Shown here: piece by piece, positions 1 through 9,463 of the stretch
How positions within the stretch are numbered: the first letter of the stretch is position 1
Layout: each line of letters starts with the position of its first letter
DNA from: Polyangiaceae bacterium
GTDB taxonomy: Bacteria; Myxococcota_A; Polyangia; Polyangiales; Polyangiaceae
DNA: 54,302 nucleotides
Assembly: GCA_044376115.1 (NCBI GenBank)
Contig: JBILLK010000043.1
Coordinates: forward strand, 1-54,302
Reading direction: 5' to 3'
The notes under the pieces: model-generated
The model's input: only the letters and a program-made list of their open reading frames with translations
The model's database searches: none
What the model was told of the DNA's origin: nothing
Program-made: the position numbers and the translations under genes

Positions 1-69
1 GCCGCCGCTACGAACCTAAGTCTTTCGTCCATCACACAGGTCGCTTTCCAGGGCATCGATGTGCGATGC

Positions 70-126
70 CCGAAAGTGTCACCTATGTGCCCGGTCTAAA
101 CTGTCACCCATGTGCCCGGTCTGAAC
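70..126 (+). mobile_element. IS481-family-like right end or remnant
   Basis: Direct repeat TGTCACC(T/C)ATGTGCCCGGTCT at 77-97 and 102-122 (25-bp period). Frame 1 ends ...PKVSPMCPV* (stop 97-99), resembling IS481 transposase C-termini that overlap the end repeats. Confidence 0.5.
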
Positions 127-203
127 CCGTGGTGCGACCGGATGCTGGGCGCTTTGTACGATTGGCGGAATCGCGGGCGTCGCTGTGCGGTTGAGAGCGC
201 TGG

Positions 204-1130
204 ATGCGTCCAACCGAGGATCACTATCGAGGCGCTCTCGTTGGACTCGCGCTTGGGGATGCGCTCGGCGCGCCGTTTGAGGGTGGTCCGCTCGAACGGC
301 TGCTCTGGCTCGGACGTGGGAAGACGCGCGGCCTTCGACGTTTCACCGACGATACGCAGATGTCGCTCGACCTCGCCGAGTCACTAATCGCCGAAGGCGA
401 TGTCGACCAGGACGATCTCGCGGCGCGCTTCGCACGCAGCTACCGCTGGGATCGCGGCTATGGTCCTGGCGCCGCGCGCGTCCTCAAGCGTATTCGCTCG
501 GGGGTTGCCTGGCGTATCGCGAGCCGCTCGGTCTATCCAGCAGGCTCGTTCGGCAACGGCGGTGCGATGCGCTCGCCGGTGATCGGCTTGTTCTTTCATG
601 CGCGCCGCGAGCGTGTTGCTGCGGCTGCCCGTCTCGCTGCGGAGGTCACGCACGCGCACCCGCTGGGGATCGAAGGCGCGGTGCTGATCGCGGAGGCAAC
701 CGCTGCCGCACTCGACGGCGTCGCTGGTTGCGCGTTCTTCGCGCGCGCTGCCAGTGCAGTGCGTAGTCCGGAATACCTGACCCGGCTCGAGCTCGCAAGC
801 CGCTGGCTCGAGGCCGGTTACCTCGTGACGCCCAAGGAAGTGCGTGCCCAACTTGGCATGGGCATCACAGCTACGGAGTCCTGCGTTACAGCGCTGTATC
901 TCGCGGCGCGCTATGTCGATGAGCCCTTCGAGGCGCTGCTCGCCTTCGCAGCCGCCGCCGGTGGCGACGTCGACACTGTCGGAGCGATGGCCGGCGCATT
1001 GTGGGGTGCGCGCAACGGCTTCGCCCGTCTGCCGCCGCGCGCGGTTGCTAGCGTCGAGGGCGCCGCGCAGGTGAGTGAGGTCGCAGCCCAGCTCTATGCG
1101 AGGTCCCGCATGCTTGTGCCCTTGTCGTAA
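204..1130 (+). CDS. ADP-ribosylglycohydrolase (DraG/ARH family)
   Basis: Motifs GLALGDALGAPFE, FTDDTQM, GNGGAMR, THAHP and GGDVDTVGAMAGAL. Confidence 0.92.
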   Translation: MRPTEDHYRGALVGLALGDALGAPFEGGPLERLLWLGRGKTRGLRRFTDDTQMSLDLAESLIAEGDVDQDDLAARFARSYRWDRGYGPGAARVLKRIRSGVAWRIASRSVYPAGSFGNGGAMRSPVIGLFFHARRERVAAAARLAAEVTHAHPLGIEGAVLIAEATAAALDGVAGCAFFARAASAVRSPEYLTRLELASRWLEAGYLVTPKEVRAQLGMGITATESCVTALYLAARYVDEPFEALLAFAAAAGGDVDTVGAMAGALWGARNGFARLPPRAVASVEGAAQVSEVAAQLYARSRMLVPLS

Positions 1131-1148
1131 CCCGCGCGTGCTCCCGTC

Positions 1149-1700
1149 TCAGCCCAACTTCAATACGCCCGACCCACGCTCGATGAACCCGTTGGTCGAG
1201 ACCCAACTCAGCTTGCCTCCGGCCCCGGCATACTTGCCTTTGCCTCCGAGGATCAGGCCCTCGACTGCGACGGTGCCCGTGTCCTGGTCGAACGATGTCC
1301 CCTGGTAGGCCACATACAGTTCGTCCTCGCCGGCCTTGGTTCCCTCGAGCTCGTGCATGTTGAAGGTGATCGTCCCCAAAAGGATGTTCGGGACGGACCG
1401 ATAGAAGCTGTGAGCGAGGAAGTGCGTATTGCCCTTTTTCCCATCCGAGAAACGCCACTGCCACGAGCCGGCGACCACTCCCGCGCGCGTGTAGGTGACC
1501 GCGTTGCCGCTGTCGAGCAGCTGCCCCCAGTTGTATGCGGCGGTGAACTCGAAGGGCTGGTTCGTCTTGTCGGCCATGATCGTCTCCTTGGGTTGCGGTT
1601 TGAGCGGGGCGCAGGCCAGCAGGGTGGTGGCCGCGGAGGCGGCAGCGAACCCAACCAGGAGCTGCCGCCTCGCCACTAGACCGTCTCCGTTCTCGCTCAT
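1149..1700 (-). CDS. Putative Tat-exported lipoprotein, possible dirigent/allene-oxide-cyclase-like beta-barrel
   Basis: RRQLL twin-arginine motif, LLAC lipobox, C-terminal ILGGKGKYAGAGG motif; divergent from a LysR gene; start uncertain. Confidence 0.55.
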   Translation of the reverse strand: MSENGDGLVARRQLLVGFAAASAATTLLACAPLKPQPKETIMADKTNQPFEFTAAYNWGQLLDSGNAVTYTRAGVVAGSWQWRFSDGKKGNTHFLAHSFYRSVPNILLGTITFNMHELEGTKAGEDELYVAYQGTSFDQDTGTVAVEGLILGGKGKYAGAGGKLSWVSTNGFIERGSGVLKLG

Positions 1701-1764
1701 GGCCGGCAGTATGGTCGCTGCGAATGCATGGACAAGGCTGCAAAGTTTGGACAGCTTGTCCCGG

Positions 1765-2676
1765 ATGCGGGACACGCTGTCAGACCTTCATCTCTTCGTT
1801 TCGACCGTCCGAGCCGGCGGCGTGCGGGCCGTGGCGAAGCAGCTCAACGTGCCTCGCTCGACCGTGAGTCGCCGGCTTGCGCTCTTCCAGCAAAGGCTGG
1901 GCGTCGAGCTCCTTCGGTCGAGCGTTACCGGCAGCCGGTTGACCGAGGTAGGTGACGAGTACTTCGAGCGATTTGCGGAGGTCGTTGACGGCGCAGAGTC
2001 GCTCGTCGAGTCGGTGGGCGTGCGCGCTGCGCGCGTGCGAGGGACACTGCGCATCGCGGCCTCCGCGGCGTTCGCGGAGGCGTACCTCTCCACGGTTCTG
2101 CCAGCCTACGTGACCGACCACCCGGAGGTGCGCGTCGAGCTGTTGCTGGCGGTGGACCGTATCGATCTTCGCAGCGCGAAGGTTGATGTGGCGTTTCGCA
2201 CCTCGCCGCTGGAGGACGACGAACGAACGGCGATCCGGCTGCGCGAGAGCATCAACGGTTTCTTCGCGGCGCCCTCCTACCTCGCGAGCCACCCGGCTCC
2301 CGAGCGTCCAACGGATCTCGCTCGTCACCACCTGATCGTGACGGGCGAGCCCGGCCACAAGGCTAATTGGCGCTACCTCGAGCGACAGCAAGAGCGCGCA
2401 ATCGCCGTGAACGGGCGCGTGGTGTCCCCGAGCTTCGCCTTGACGCTGAACCTCGCATGCAAGGGGGTCGGCATCTGTCGCATGCCGACGATCCTCGTCG
2501 ACGAGCTACTTGCGCAAGGGCGCCTTGTGCCGCTTCTGCGCCCTTATTGGCATCGCGCACAGATCAGCGCGGTCTTTCCCAGGGGCCTCGCCTCGAGCGC
2601 CAAGGTGCGCGTCTTTCTCGAGCGCGTGCGCGCAGCGCTCGGCACGCCCGCCGTTCGTAGTCGCGTTCGCTCGTAG
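1765..2676 (+). CDS. LysR-family regulator (CrgA-like)
   Basis: N-terminal HTH (AKQLNVPRSTVSRRL), GTLRIAA, DVAFR and KVRVFL motifs; about 303 aa. Confidence 0.9.
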   Translation: MRDTLSDLHLFVSTVRAGGVRAVAKQLNVPRSTVSRRLALFQQRLGVELLRSSVTGSRLTEVGDEYFERFAEVVDGAESLVESVGVRAARVRGTLRIAASAAFAEAYLSTVLPAYVTDHPEVRVELLLAVDRIDLRSAKVDVAFRTSPLEDDERTAIRLRESINGFFAAPSYLASHPAPERPTDLARHHLIVTGEPGHKANWRYLERQQERAIAVNGRVVSPSFALTLNLACKGVGICRMPTILVDELLAQGRLVPLLRPYWHRAQISAVFPRGLASSAKVRVFLERVRAALGTPAVRSRVRS

Positions 2677-2724
2677 CACCCGACGAGGCGCGACGCTCTT
2701 CGCGCTCCCGTCCGCTCGCCCCGC

Positions 2725-3561
2725 TCAGAACGACGAGGCGAGTTGGCCCATCTCGCCGGCGCGAAAGCGACGGTAGGCTTCGTCGAGCTGCTGGTCGTTC
2801 GACATCGCGAAGGGGCCGCGGAAGATCACCCGTTCGCCGAGCGGCGTGCCTGCGAGGAGCAGGAAGCGCAGTCCCGAGGAGCCGGCCTTGAACTCGACGA
2901 GGCCGCTCGCGCGTTCGAAGGCGACGGCCTGGGCTCGACCGAAGCCCGCGCCGTCCCCAGCCTCTCCTGCGCCGTCCCAGCCGATCGCCAGCACTGTCTC
3001 CTCGAAGGTATGCTGCAAGCGCGTGTTGGGGCCCATACGCACGTCGAGCATGGTCACCGGAGGTAGCGGCTCGATGCGGCTGGTCGCTTCGTTGAAGCTT
3101 CCGGTGAGCACTCGCACCTCGAGCCCATCGCCCGGCGCCGCGACGGGAACCTTGTCGGCGTCGACGTGGAGCGCACGCGGAGTGGTCAGCTTCTGACTCG
3201 CCGGTAGATTGACGAATAGTTGCAGGCCATGCGAATCGACGCCTGCATGCTCCGGCACCTCCTCGTGCATCATGCCTGCTCCGGCCAAGGTCCAATGCAA
3301 GGTCCCGGCGCCGATCACCGAACGATCGCCTAGGCTGTCACGGTTGACGAAGGCTCCGTCCGAATCGGGGAACATCCAGGTCACGGCGGAGAAGCCGGCG
3401 TGCGGATGCGGAGGGAAGGTCGGCTGCGACATGTGAAAGTCGTCGGCATTCAGAAACGGATCCAAGGGGACGCCCAGGGCGTTCAGGCTGGCGCTGGTGA
3501 AGCCGTTTCGGTGGCGGGTCTGGGTGAGGGCTGCCCGGGCAATGACGCTTCGGCTCTTCAT
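2725..3561 (-). CDS. Pirin family protein
   Basis: FPPHPHAGF, WTLAGAGMMHEE, QLFVNLP and GPFAMS motifs. Confidence 0.93.
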   Translation of the reverse strand: MKSRSVIARAALTQTRHRNGFTSASLNALGVPLDPFLNADDFHMSQPTFPPHPHAGFSAVTWMFPDSDGAFVNRDSLGDRSVIGAGTLHWTLAGAGMMHEEVPEHAGVDSHGLQLFVNLPASQKLTTPRALHVDADKVPVAAPGDGLEVRVLTGSFNEATSRIEPLPPVTMLDVRMGPNTRLQHTFEETVLAIGWDGAGEAGDGAGFGRAQAVAFERASGLVEFKAGSSGLRFLLLAGTPLGERVIFRGPFAMSNDQQLDEAYRRFRAGEMGQLASSF

Positions 3562-3570
3562 GGTCGCACC

Positions 3571-4488
3571 TCAAATAGCGCCGCGGCGCATCGCCTGCTC
3601 CACCGTTTCGGCTTGGATGTCGGGGTAACGCGGATTGTCTGACTCGCCGAGCAGCGCGGTTCCGCCGAACACACCGCGTGCGTACATCAGCGGTAGCCAC
3701 GCAAACATGTTGCTGGCCTCGGTCGCAAAGCGGCGTGCTGTCTCCTGCTCGAGCTCTCGCACCGAACCGAGGCGCTTGAGCTTCAGCGGCTTGCCGTGGG
3801 TGCGCTCCCAGACTTGGGCGAACGAGAGCACGTCCATACGGTCACCCGAAACGAACAGCCGCTCGGGTACCGGGCGTTCGTCGAGCGCGGCAGCGGCTGT
3901 GAAACGCGCGGTGTCTTCCCAGGTGGTCCAGTCGATCGGCGTTTGGCCGTCGCCCCAGTAGCTGAGCTGCTCCCCAGCGGCGTCGAGCAGGCCCATGAAG
4001 CCGAGCACCTCGCGGCTCGCGAAGATGCCCATCAATACGTGCACCACCTCGAAGCTCCTGTCGATCTCAGCGTGAGCGAGCTCCGCCAGCTTACGCCGCC
4101 AATCCGAGTTGAGGTTTACGCCCTCGGCCAGCCCGAACAGGTTGTACGAGAAGTCCGATGGGATGAAGCGGCGCGCCCCGGCGGCTTTGGCAGCACGCAG
4201 CAGGGCGAGCTGGGCCTCGACGATGATTTCGGGCCCACCTTGCAGCGTAGAGACGACGGCGAATGAGCCAGCGACGGCGGCGGTTCGAGCGGCCTCGTCC
4301 GCGGTCAACGCGTCAAAGGCGTGGAGCTCGACTTTGTCCGAGGCCAGGCTTTGCGCCTCGGGCTTTTTTGGATCGCGGACCAACGCGCGGACGCGCACGT
4401 TGGGGTGGCTGAGCAGAGCCTGAATCAGGAGGCGACCGAGCTTGCCGGTGGCTCCTGCGACGACGACGAGCTTGTTGGCGTTGTTCAT
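3571..4488 (-). CDS. NmrA / isoflavone-reductase-like NAD(P)H-binding protein
   Basis: VAGATGKLG Rossmann motif and AKAAGARRFIPSDF. Confidence 0.88.
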   Translation of the reverse strand: MNNANKLVVVAGATGKLGRLLIQALLSHPNVRVRALVRDPKKPEAQSLASDKVELHAFDALTADEAARTAAVAGSFAVVSTLQGGPEIIVEAQLALLRAAKAAGARRFIPSDFSYNLFGLAEGVNLNSDWRRKLAELAHAEIDRSFEVVHVLMGIFASREVLGFMGLLDAAGEQLSYWGDGQTPIDWTTWEDTARFTAAAALDERPVPERLFVSGDRMDVLSFAQVWERTHGKPLKLKRLGSVRELEQETARRFATEASNMFAWLPLMYARGVFGGTALLGESDNPRYPDIQAETVEQAMRRGAI

Positions 4489-4566
4489 AACCCTGGATGT
4501 ACGACCGGAAACAGGCGCCGACAATGAGCCTTGATATTGACGGACTGTCAGGTAAGACCTGTCAAT

Positions 4567-5475
4567 ATGGGTGCCCACTCCGACATGGTTCTATTCGCGG
4601 CCGTGGTGGAGGAGGGGAGCTTTACGCGTGCGGCGCAGCGGCTCGGGGTCACCAAACAGACGGCGAGCGAGCGGGTCGCCGCGCTCGAGGAGCGGCTGGG
4701 TGTGCGCTTGCTCGAGCGCACGACGCGGCGCTTGCGCGTGACCCAGGCGGGCGGGCGCTACGCGGAGCGCTGCACCGCCATCGCGCTGCAGATTGAAGAG
4801 GCGGAGCGTGAGGTGCAGCAGCAGCAGGCCGAGCCGGTGGGGCTGTTGCGCGTCTCGGCGCCGGTGCTTTATGGGCGGCGCTATCTGGCGCCGGTGGTGG
4901 CGGACTATCTAGCGCGCTACCCGCGGGCTAGCGTGGAGGTCTTGCTCGCCGAGCGGCGGGTGCGGCTTGTCGAAGAGGGCTTCGATTTGGCGATCCGCAT
5001 CGGAAAGCTCGAGGATTCATCGCTCGCGGCGCGCAAGCTCGGAGAGGGCCACGTGTACTACGTGGCCAGCCCGGGCTACCTCTTGCGCCACGGTCGGCCG
5101 AGCTCCGCAACTCTGCCCGACGCGCGTTGTATTGCCACCCGCATGCAGGAGCGATGGCGCTTCGATGGCGTGGAGGTCAAGCTCGACCCGGTGCTGCTGG
5201 TCAATGATCTCGAGGTCGCCTGTGAAGCGGCTATCGCCGGGGTCGGGATTGCGCGGCTGCCCTCGCTGGTCTGCGCAAAACCAGTGACCGAACGGCGCCT
5301 CGTGGTGCTCGGCGGTACCGAGCCAGCCGAGCGCCCCAGCGTCTATGCGCTGTTTCCTCAGCACCGCCACCCTTCAGCCAAACTGCAGGTCTTCCTCGAG
5401 TCGCTCACCAAGTTGGTCGCGCCGATGGCCCCGATCGAAGAGCTCACAAAGCCTGTTCGCCCGCGCCGCGGCTAG
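4567..5475 (+). CDS. LysR-family regulator (CrgA-like)
   Basis: GSFTRAAQRLG HTH, LLERTTRRL and EEGFDLAIRIG; divergent from the NmrA-pirin pair. Confidence 0.93.
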   Translation: MGAHSDMVLFAAVVEEGSFTRAAQRLGVTKQTASERVAALEERLGVRLLERTTRRLRVTQAGGRYAERCTAIALQIEEAEREVQQQQAEPVGLLRVSAPVLYGRRYLAPVVADYLARYPRASVEVLLAERRVRLVEEGFDLAIRIGKLEDSSLAARKLGEGHVYYVASPGYLLRHGRPSSATLPDARCIATRMQERWRFDGVEVKLDPVLLVNDLEVACEAAIAGVGIARLPSLVCAKPVTERRLVVLGGTEPAERPSVYALFPQHRHPSAKLQVFLESLTKLVAPMAPIEELTKPVRPRRG

Positions 5476-5519
5476 GGCGGGTGGGGAAGAAACCCAGCGC
5501 ATCTCCGTACTGGGACGTC

Positions 5520-5870
5520 ATGAACCGCCCCCTGGCCCTCGCATCGTTCGCGCTCGTTGGACTCCTCACGGGCTGCGGCCCCACCCCAGAGGAGAAGGCC
5601 CTGGTAACCGAGCGCGTCGCGTTGCGCGCGATGCAGCACGACGCCATCATCAGCGCGAACAAGGACTGCAACGCCTTGAAGCAGAAGCTCGCGGACTTCG
5701 AGAAGGCCAACAAGGACCGCCTGGAGAAGTTCCGCAGCGCATGGACGGCACTGCCCGAAGAACGCAAGAACAAGGCACAAAACGCCGGACCGTTTTCAGA
5801 GAAGCAGGTGACCGATGAGCTCATCGCGGTCATCGTTTCCTGTACCCCCGAAAAGCTGCCCGTTCCCTGA
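5520..5870 (+). CDS. Small hypothetical lipoprotein
   Basis: Signal peptide with LTGC lipobox; codon usage consistent with coding. Confidence 0.7.
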   Translation: MNRPLALASFALVGLLTGCGPTPEEKALVTERVALRAMQHDAIISANKDCNALKQKLADFEKANKDRLEKFRSAWTALPEERKNKAQNAGPFSEKQVTDELIAVIVSCTPEKLPVP

Positions 5871-5892
5871 GTTGCAGTCGCTTTAGGCAATG

Positions 5893-5928
5893 AAAAAGGC
5901 CAGCACCGCCGAAGCGGGCTGGCCTTTC
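5893..5928 (-). terminator. Rho-independent terminator between convergent genes
   Basis: AAAGGCCAGC(A)CCGC-CGAA-GCGG-GCTGGCCTTT stem-loop; the A-run on + gives a U-run on -. Confidence 0.75.
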
Positions 5929-5968
5929 GAGCTTGGATAGGGCGCCGATTAGCGCCCGAGGCCGAGCT

Positions 5969-8647
5969 TCAGAACGTCACGTTCGCGGGGCAGATGGTCT
6001 GGCCAGCAGGGATCGGGAAGATCATCGTGTCGTCGTCGATCGTTTGCAAGAAGGCCACGAGGTTCACCACGTCCTGTGCGGTTGGGGTGAAGACCTGGTT
6101 GCCAGCGCGCAAGTGAGCGAGGAACTCCGGGGCGTTCAGCAGCTCATCGAGCGAGTCGACCGAGCCGTTGTGGAAGTAGGGCGCCCCGGTGGTCATGTTG
6201 AGCAGCGATGGCACGTTGAAGCCACCGACACCCTGAGCGGCTGCTGCGTTTTGCCGGATTTCGTCGGCGCCGCGAGCATCCGGGCCGGGCAAGCCGAAGG
6301 TGCCGACGCGACGCGAGACACAGATGTGTCGCTGCGGAGCGCCGTTGGCGTCGTTGCCGATCAGCGCATCGTTCACGTCGATGGCCACGCCGGTTGCGTC
6401 AGCGGGGAGCACGTTGACCGGCACCGACCCGAGCGTACCGACGCCGTTGCCGGTGAGCGTCTCGAGGCGGAGGTCGGCGAGGTTGCCCACCGAGTTCGCC
6501 TCGGGCGTGTAGTAGAGCTCGCTGATCGTCCACTGGGCGCCGCTGTGGCAATTCTCACAGTTGCCTGCGTCGAACACGGCGCGCCCTGCGACCGGATCGC
6601 CGGTGAGGGCGCTGGCTGAGCGACCGCGGGGTGAGCGGATGGTCTTGATGTACTCGTTGATCTCGTCCCAATCCTTGAGCACGCCAGGACCGTAGGCCGG
6701 GAGGTCACCGGTGAAGCCGCCGGTGCTGCCGACGTCGTTGACGCCCTTGACCGAGCCGACGTTGAAGCCGTTCTGCGGGTTACCGATACCGAAGCCGGCG
6801 GAAGCAAGTCCGACGAAGTCGATGCGGTCGCCGTTGACCGGCGGCATGCTGGTGGCGCTGACGATGGCGCCGACGCCGCCTGCAACGTTGCGCGTGTTGA
6901 GCTCGAAGTCGTGGACCTCGTCGAAGATGGCGCTCCAGTTGAGGATGCGCTGGTGCTCGCCGTTCTCGTCGAAGGTGGTGGAGGTGTCCACCGTCTGACG
7001 CGGGCCGGCGGGGAAGGCCCAGGTCACGTTGTCGGTGGTGCCCATCGGGTGGCAGGCCACACAGCCAACCCACGCGCCGGTGGACCAGCGGGTGAGGCCG
7101 GTGTTGAAGAAGCGCTGACCGCGCAGGATGTCGAACTCGTCGGCCGGGTTAGCCGGGTCATCCACGGGCAGCGTCTCCGACGCGATCGCGAGCGTCGTGG
7201 TGGTTTGTGAAGCGAGGTTGATGTGGCTGATCGAGCGACCAACCTCGTTGTAGGTGTAGGCGTTCGAGCCGATGATGGTCACGCCGGTGGGCGAAGGATC
7301 GGTCGCGAGGAAGTTGGTGGTTGCGGCGCCAGCGGCCGGCGCAGCGCCGCCGTAGCTCAGCCGGAGCAGGCTGTTCGACGTCATCGAGGCGACGTAGCCA
7401 AAGTCGGTTCCGGGCACGAAGGCGATGTCATGCGGCACCGCGACGAAGCGGCGCCCCTCGGCGTTGACGCCTGCGGCGGGGAGGGCCTGCACCAGCTCGC
7501 TCAGGTTGGCGAGCTGTGAGTCGAGCACGGTGTTGTTGGCCGTATCGATGGCGTACACAAGGCCGTGAACGTTCTGATGGAACTCGGTGGTGTGGTTGAA
7601 GGCAGCGGGCGAGGCGCCGACTGCGGTCACGTACACCTTGCCGTTGTTGATCGCGCAGCCGTAAAGCTGGTTGGGGTAGGCCGAGGTGTTGGACGCTAGA
7701 TCGAGCGTCGGGTCGCCCATGTTGCCGCCCGCGACCATCACGCCGGGGAGGTCAATCACGGTGGGTTGCAGCGTGATCGACGTCACGGCGTTGGTCTGCG
7801 CATTGATGGCAAACACTCGACCAACACGCGCTGTGTCGGTGCCTTCCTTCTGCGTCCCGTTCTCGCGAGCGTAGAAGTCGGTGACGTAGATCGTCTCGTC
7901 GCCGTCTTCTTGATCGGCGTCGTTGGTAACGCACACCGCCATCGGCGCGCCGCCCACGTTCACCGTGGTCACGTCACCGGTGGCCGTGTCGATCACGCTG
8001 ACGGTGCCGTCGGCCCAGTTCGAAACGTAGGCTTTGGCGCCGGAGGGTGAGAGCGCGATGTGGCCGGGCTCGGAGCCGACGCTGATGGTATCGCTCACGG
8101 TGGGCGAGGCGGCGTCGACGTTGCTGATGACCGAGACGGTTTGGTCGAGACGATTGACGACGTAGGCCGTGAGGCCGTCGGGAGAGAACACCACCGAGGT
8201 CGGCTCGGCCCCGACGTTGACCTTGGAAGAGGGCGTGGGCACACCCGCTGCGTCCACGAAGAAGATCGAGACGTTGTTCGTGGCTTTGTTGGCTACGGCG
8301 AGGAAGTTGCCTGCCTCGTTGCTCGCGATCGAGCTGCCGCGGCTCGGCTGCTGGGCGAAGGCTCCGCCGCCAGCACCGCCCTCACCACCTGCACCGCCGG
8401 CTGCACCGCCACCACCAGCTGCACCACCGCCACCAGTTGCGCCACCACCGCCGGTCGCAGCGCCACCGCCGCCGTCAGCGCCACCGCCGCCGGTCGCAGC
8501 GCCACCGCCGCCCGTCGCGGGGCTACCGCCGGTTGAAGAGCTGTCGTCCCCGCAGGCGGGCCCGATCGTCGCTGCGAGAAGACACGCTGCGGCAAGCAGC
8601 GAAGTCGGAGCAAGTCGGCTCTTCAAAGTTCTTCTGGTACTACGCAT
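5969..8647 (-). CDS. Lipoprotein with Gly-rich linker, YVTN beta-propeller and di-heme cytochrome c peroxidase/MauG-like domain
   Basis: Signal peptide ending GPAC; YVTN-like repeats (AYVVNRLDQTVSVI, AYVSNWADGTVSVID); two CXXCH motifs (CVACH, CENCH); FNVPSLLN..TGAPYFHNGS. Confidence 0.85.
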   Translation of the reverse strand: MRSTRRTLKSRLAPTSLLAAACLLAATIGPACGDDSSSTGGSPATGGGGAATGGGGADGGGGAATGGGGATGGGGAAGGGGAAGGAGGEGGAGGGAFAQQPSRGSSIASNEAGNFLAVANKATNNVSIFFVDAAGVPTPSSKVNVGAEPTSVVFSPDGLTAYVVNRLDQTVSVISNVDAASPTVSDTISVGSEPGHIALSPSGAKAYVSNWADGTVSVIDTATGDVTTVNVGGAPMAVCVTNDADQEDGDETIYVTDFYARENGTQKEGTDTARVGRVFAINAQTNAVTSITLQPTVIDLPGVMVAGGNMGDPTLDLASNTSAYPNQLYGCAINNGKVYVTAVGASPAAFNHTTEFHQNVHGLVYAIDTANNTVLDSQLANLSELVQALPAAGVNAEGRRFVAVPHDIAFVPGTDFGYVASMTSNSLLRLSYGGAAPAAGAATTNFLATDPSPTGVTIIGSNAYTYNEVGRSISHINLASQTTTTLAIASETLPVDDPANPADEFDILRGQRFFNTGLTRWSTGAWVGCVACHPMGTTDNVTWAFPAGPRQTVDTSTTFDENGEHQRILNWSAIFDEVHDFELNTRNVAGGVGAIVSATSMPPVNGDRIDFVGLASAGFGIGNPQNGFNVGSVKGVNDVGSTGGFTGDLPAYGPGVLKDWDEINEYIKTIRSPRGRSASALTGDPVAGRAVFDAGNCENCHSGAQWTISELYYTPEANSVGNLADLRLETLTGNGVGTLGSVPVNVLPADATGVAIDVNDALIGNDANGAPQRHICVSRRVGTFGLPGPDARGADEIRQNAAAAQGVGGFNVPSLLNMTTGAPYFHNGSVDSLDELLNAPEFLAHLRAGNQVFTPTAQDVVNLVAFLQTIDDDTMIFPIPAGQTICPANVTF

Positions 8648-8774
8648 GGAATAAGTTACCTCCCGCACGGGCTCACTCGCCCACACGACAAAACGCCTGC
8701 AGCACGGCAGGCACGGTCCAACCCAACCACAGCAAGGTGTCACGCCTGGGTGCGTAGATGAACCCCTCGAACAT

Positions 8775-8800
8775 CAATGATGGGTATAGGTTATGCCTAT
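8775..8800. promoter_or_regulatory. OxyR-like / LysR binding site candidate
   Basis: CAAT-N7-ATAG-N7-CTAT, three in-phase tetramers of the ATAG-N7-CTAT-N7-ATAG-N7-CTAT consensus, upstream of the di-heme gene. Confidence 0.35.
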
Positions 8801-8910
8801 GGCCCCCTAGTAGGCTCATAACCGCGGCCTTTCCCGGTACTTCTGGTCCGTAGCGGGCACTTGGGAGGCGCTCGCTTGACGGGATCGACCTCGAACGCTC
8901 AGCTTGGGCG

Positions 8911-9453
8911 ATGCGCTTGGCGCCCGGAGTCTTTATCGCGTCGCCGGCGGCGCACGAGCGCTTCTGCTCTGGAGTGCCGTATCCGCTGGAGCTGCTCTTC
9001 GATCGGGAGGACCTCGGGCAGGGGCTCGCGCTCGTCGAGCAAGGCGAGCGTGAGGCTTGGTTTCGGCTCCCGGCCGGTGCGATGTTGCGCGTTGGGGTTG
9101 AGCTGGGCAACGTGGTCAGCGCCGAGTTGCTGGAGGGTGAGGCTGCAGCGCGAGCGACCATCGAGCATGGGATGCGATTGCCCGAGGAGCGGGCTGCGGC
9201 CGTTCGCGCCGCGCTAGCGGTAGGGGTGGAGGTAGAGCCCGCGCTCGACGCGCTGTTCGGCAAGCAGCGTCGCAACCTGCAGGTGCTGCTCGACCAAGCG
9301 CTGCTCGGCTATCGGTTGCGCCGCTGGGTCGTGCACCACGACTGGCCTGCGCGCTCGGTGGTGCTCGAGCTCGTCGAGCTCGATGGGAGGCTGCTACGTA
9401 GCGAGTTGCTCGAGGGCCAAGCTGTGTGGGACGCCTGGATCGAGCGCGAATGA
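8911..9453 (+). CDS. Hypothetical protein
   Basis: 180-aa ORF with coding-like composition, convergent on the next gene; no motif recognised. Confidence 0.6.
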   Translation: MRLAPGVFIASPAAHERFCSGVPYPLELLFDREDLGQGLALVEQGEREAWFRLPAGAMLRVGVELGNVVSAELLEGEAAARATIEHGMRLPEERAAAVRAALAVGVEVEPALDALFGKQRRNLQVLLDQALLGYRLRRWVVHHDWPARSVVLELVELDGRLLRSELLEGQAVWDAWIERE

Positions 9454-9463
9454 AGGCGCGCGG

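Noticed and set aside
8370..8530. GCC/ACC-rich tandem repeats (also 13830-14010, 50690-50810, 52240-52440)
   Set aside because: They encode ordinary Gly/Ala/Ser linkers of myxobacterial proteins and are not independent DNA elements.
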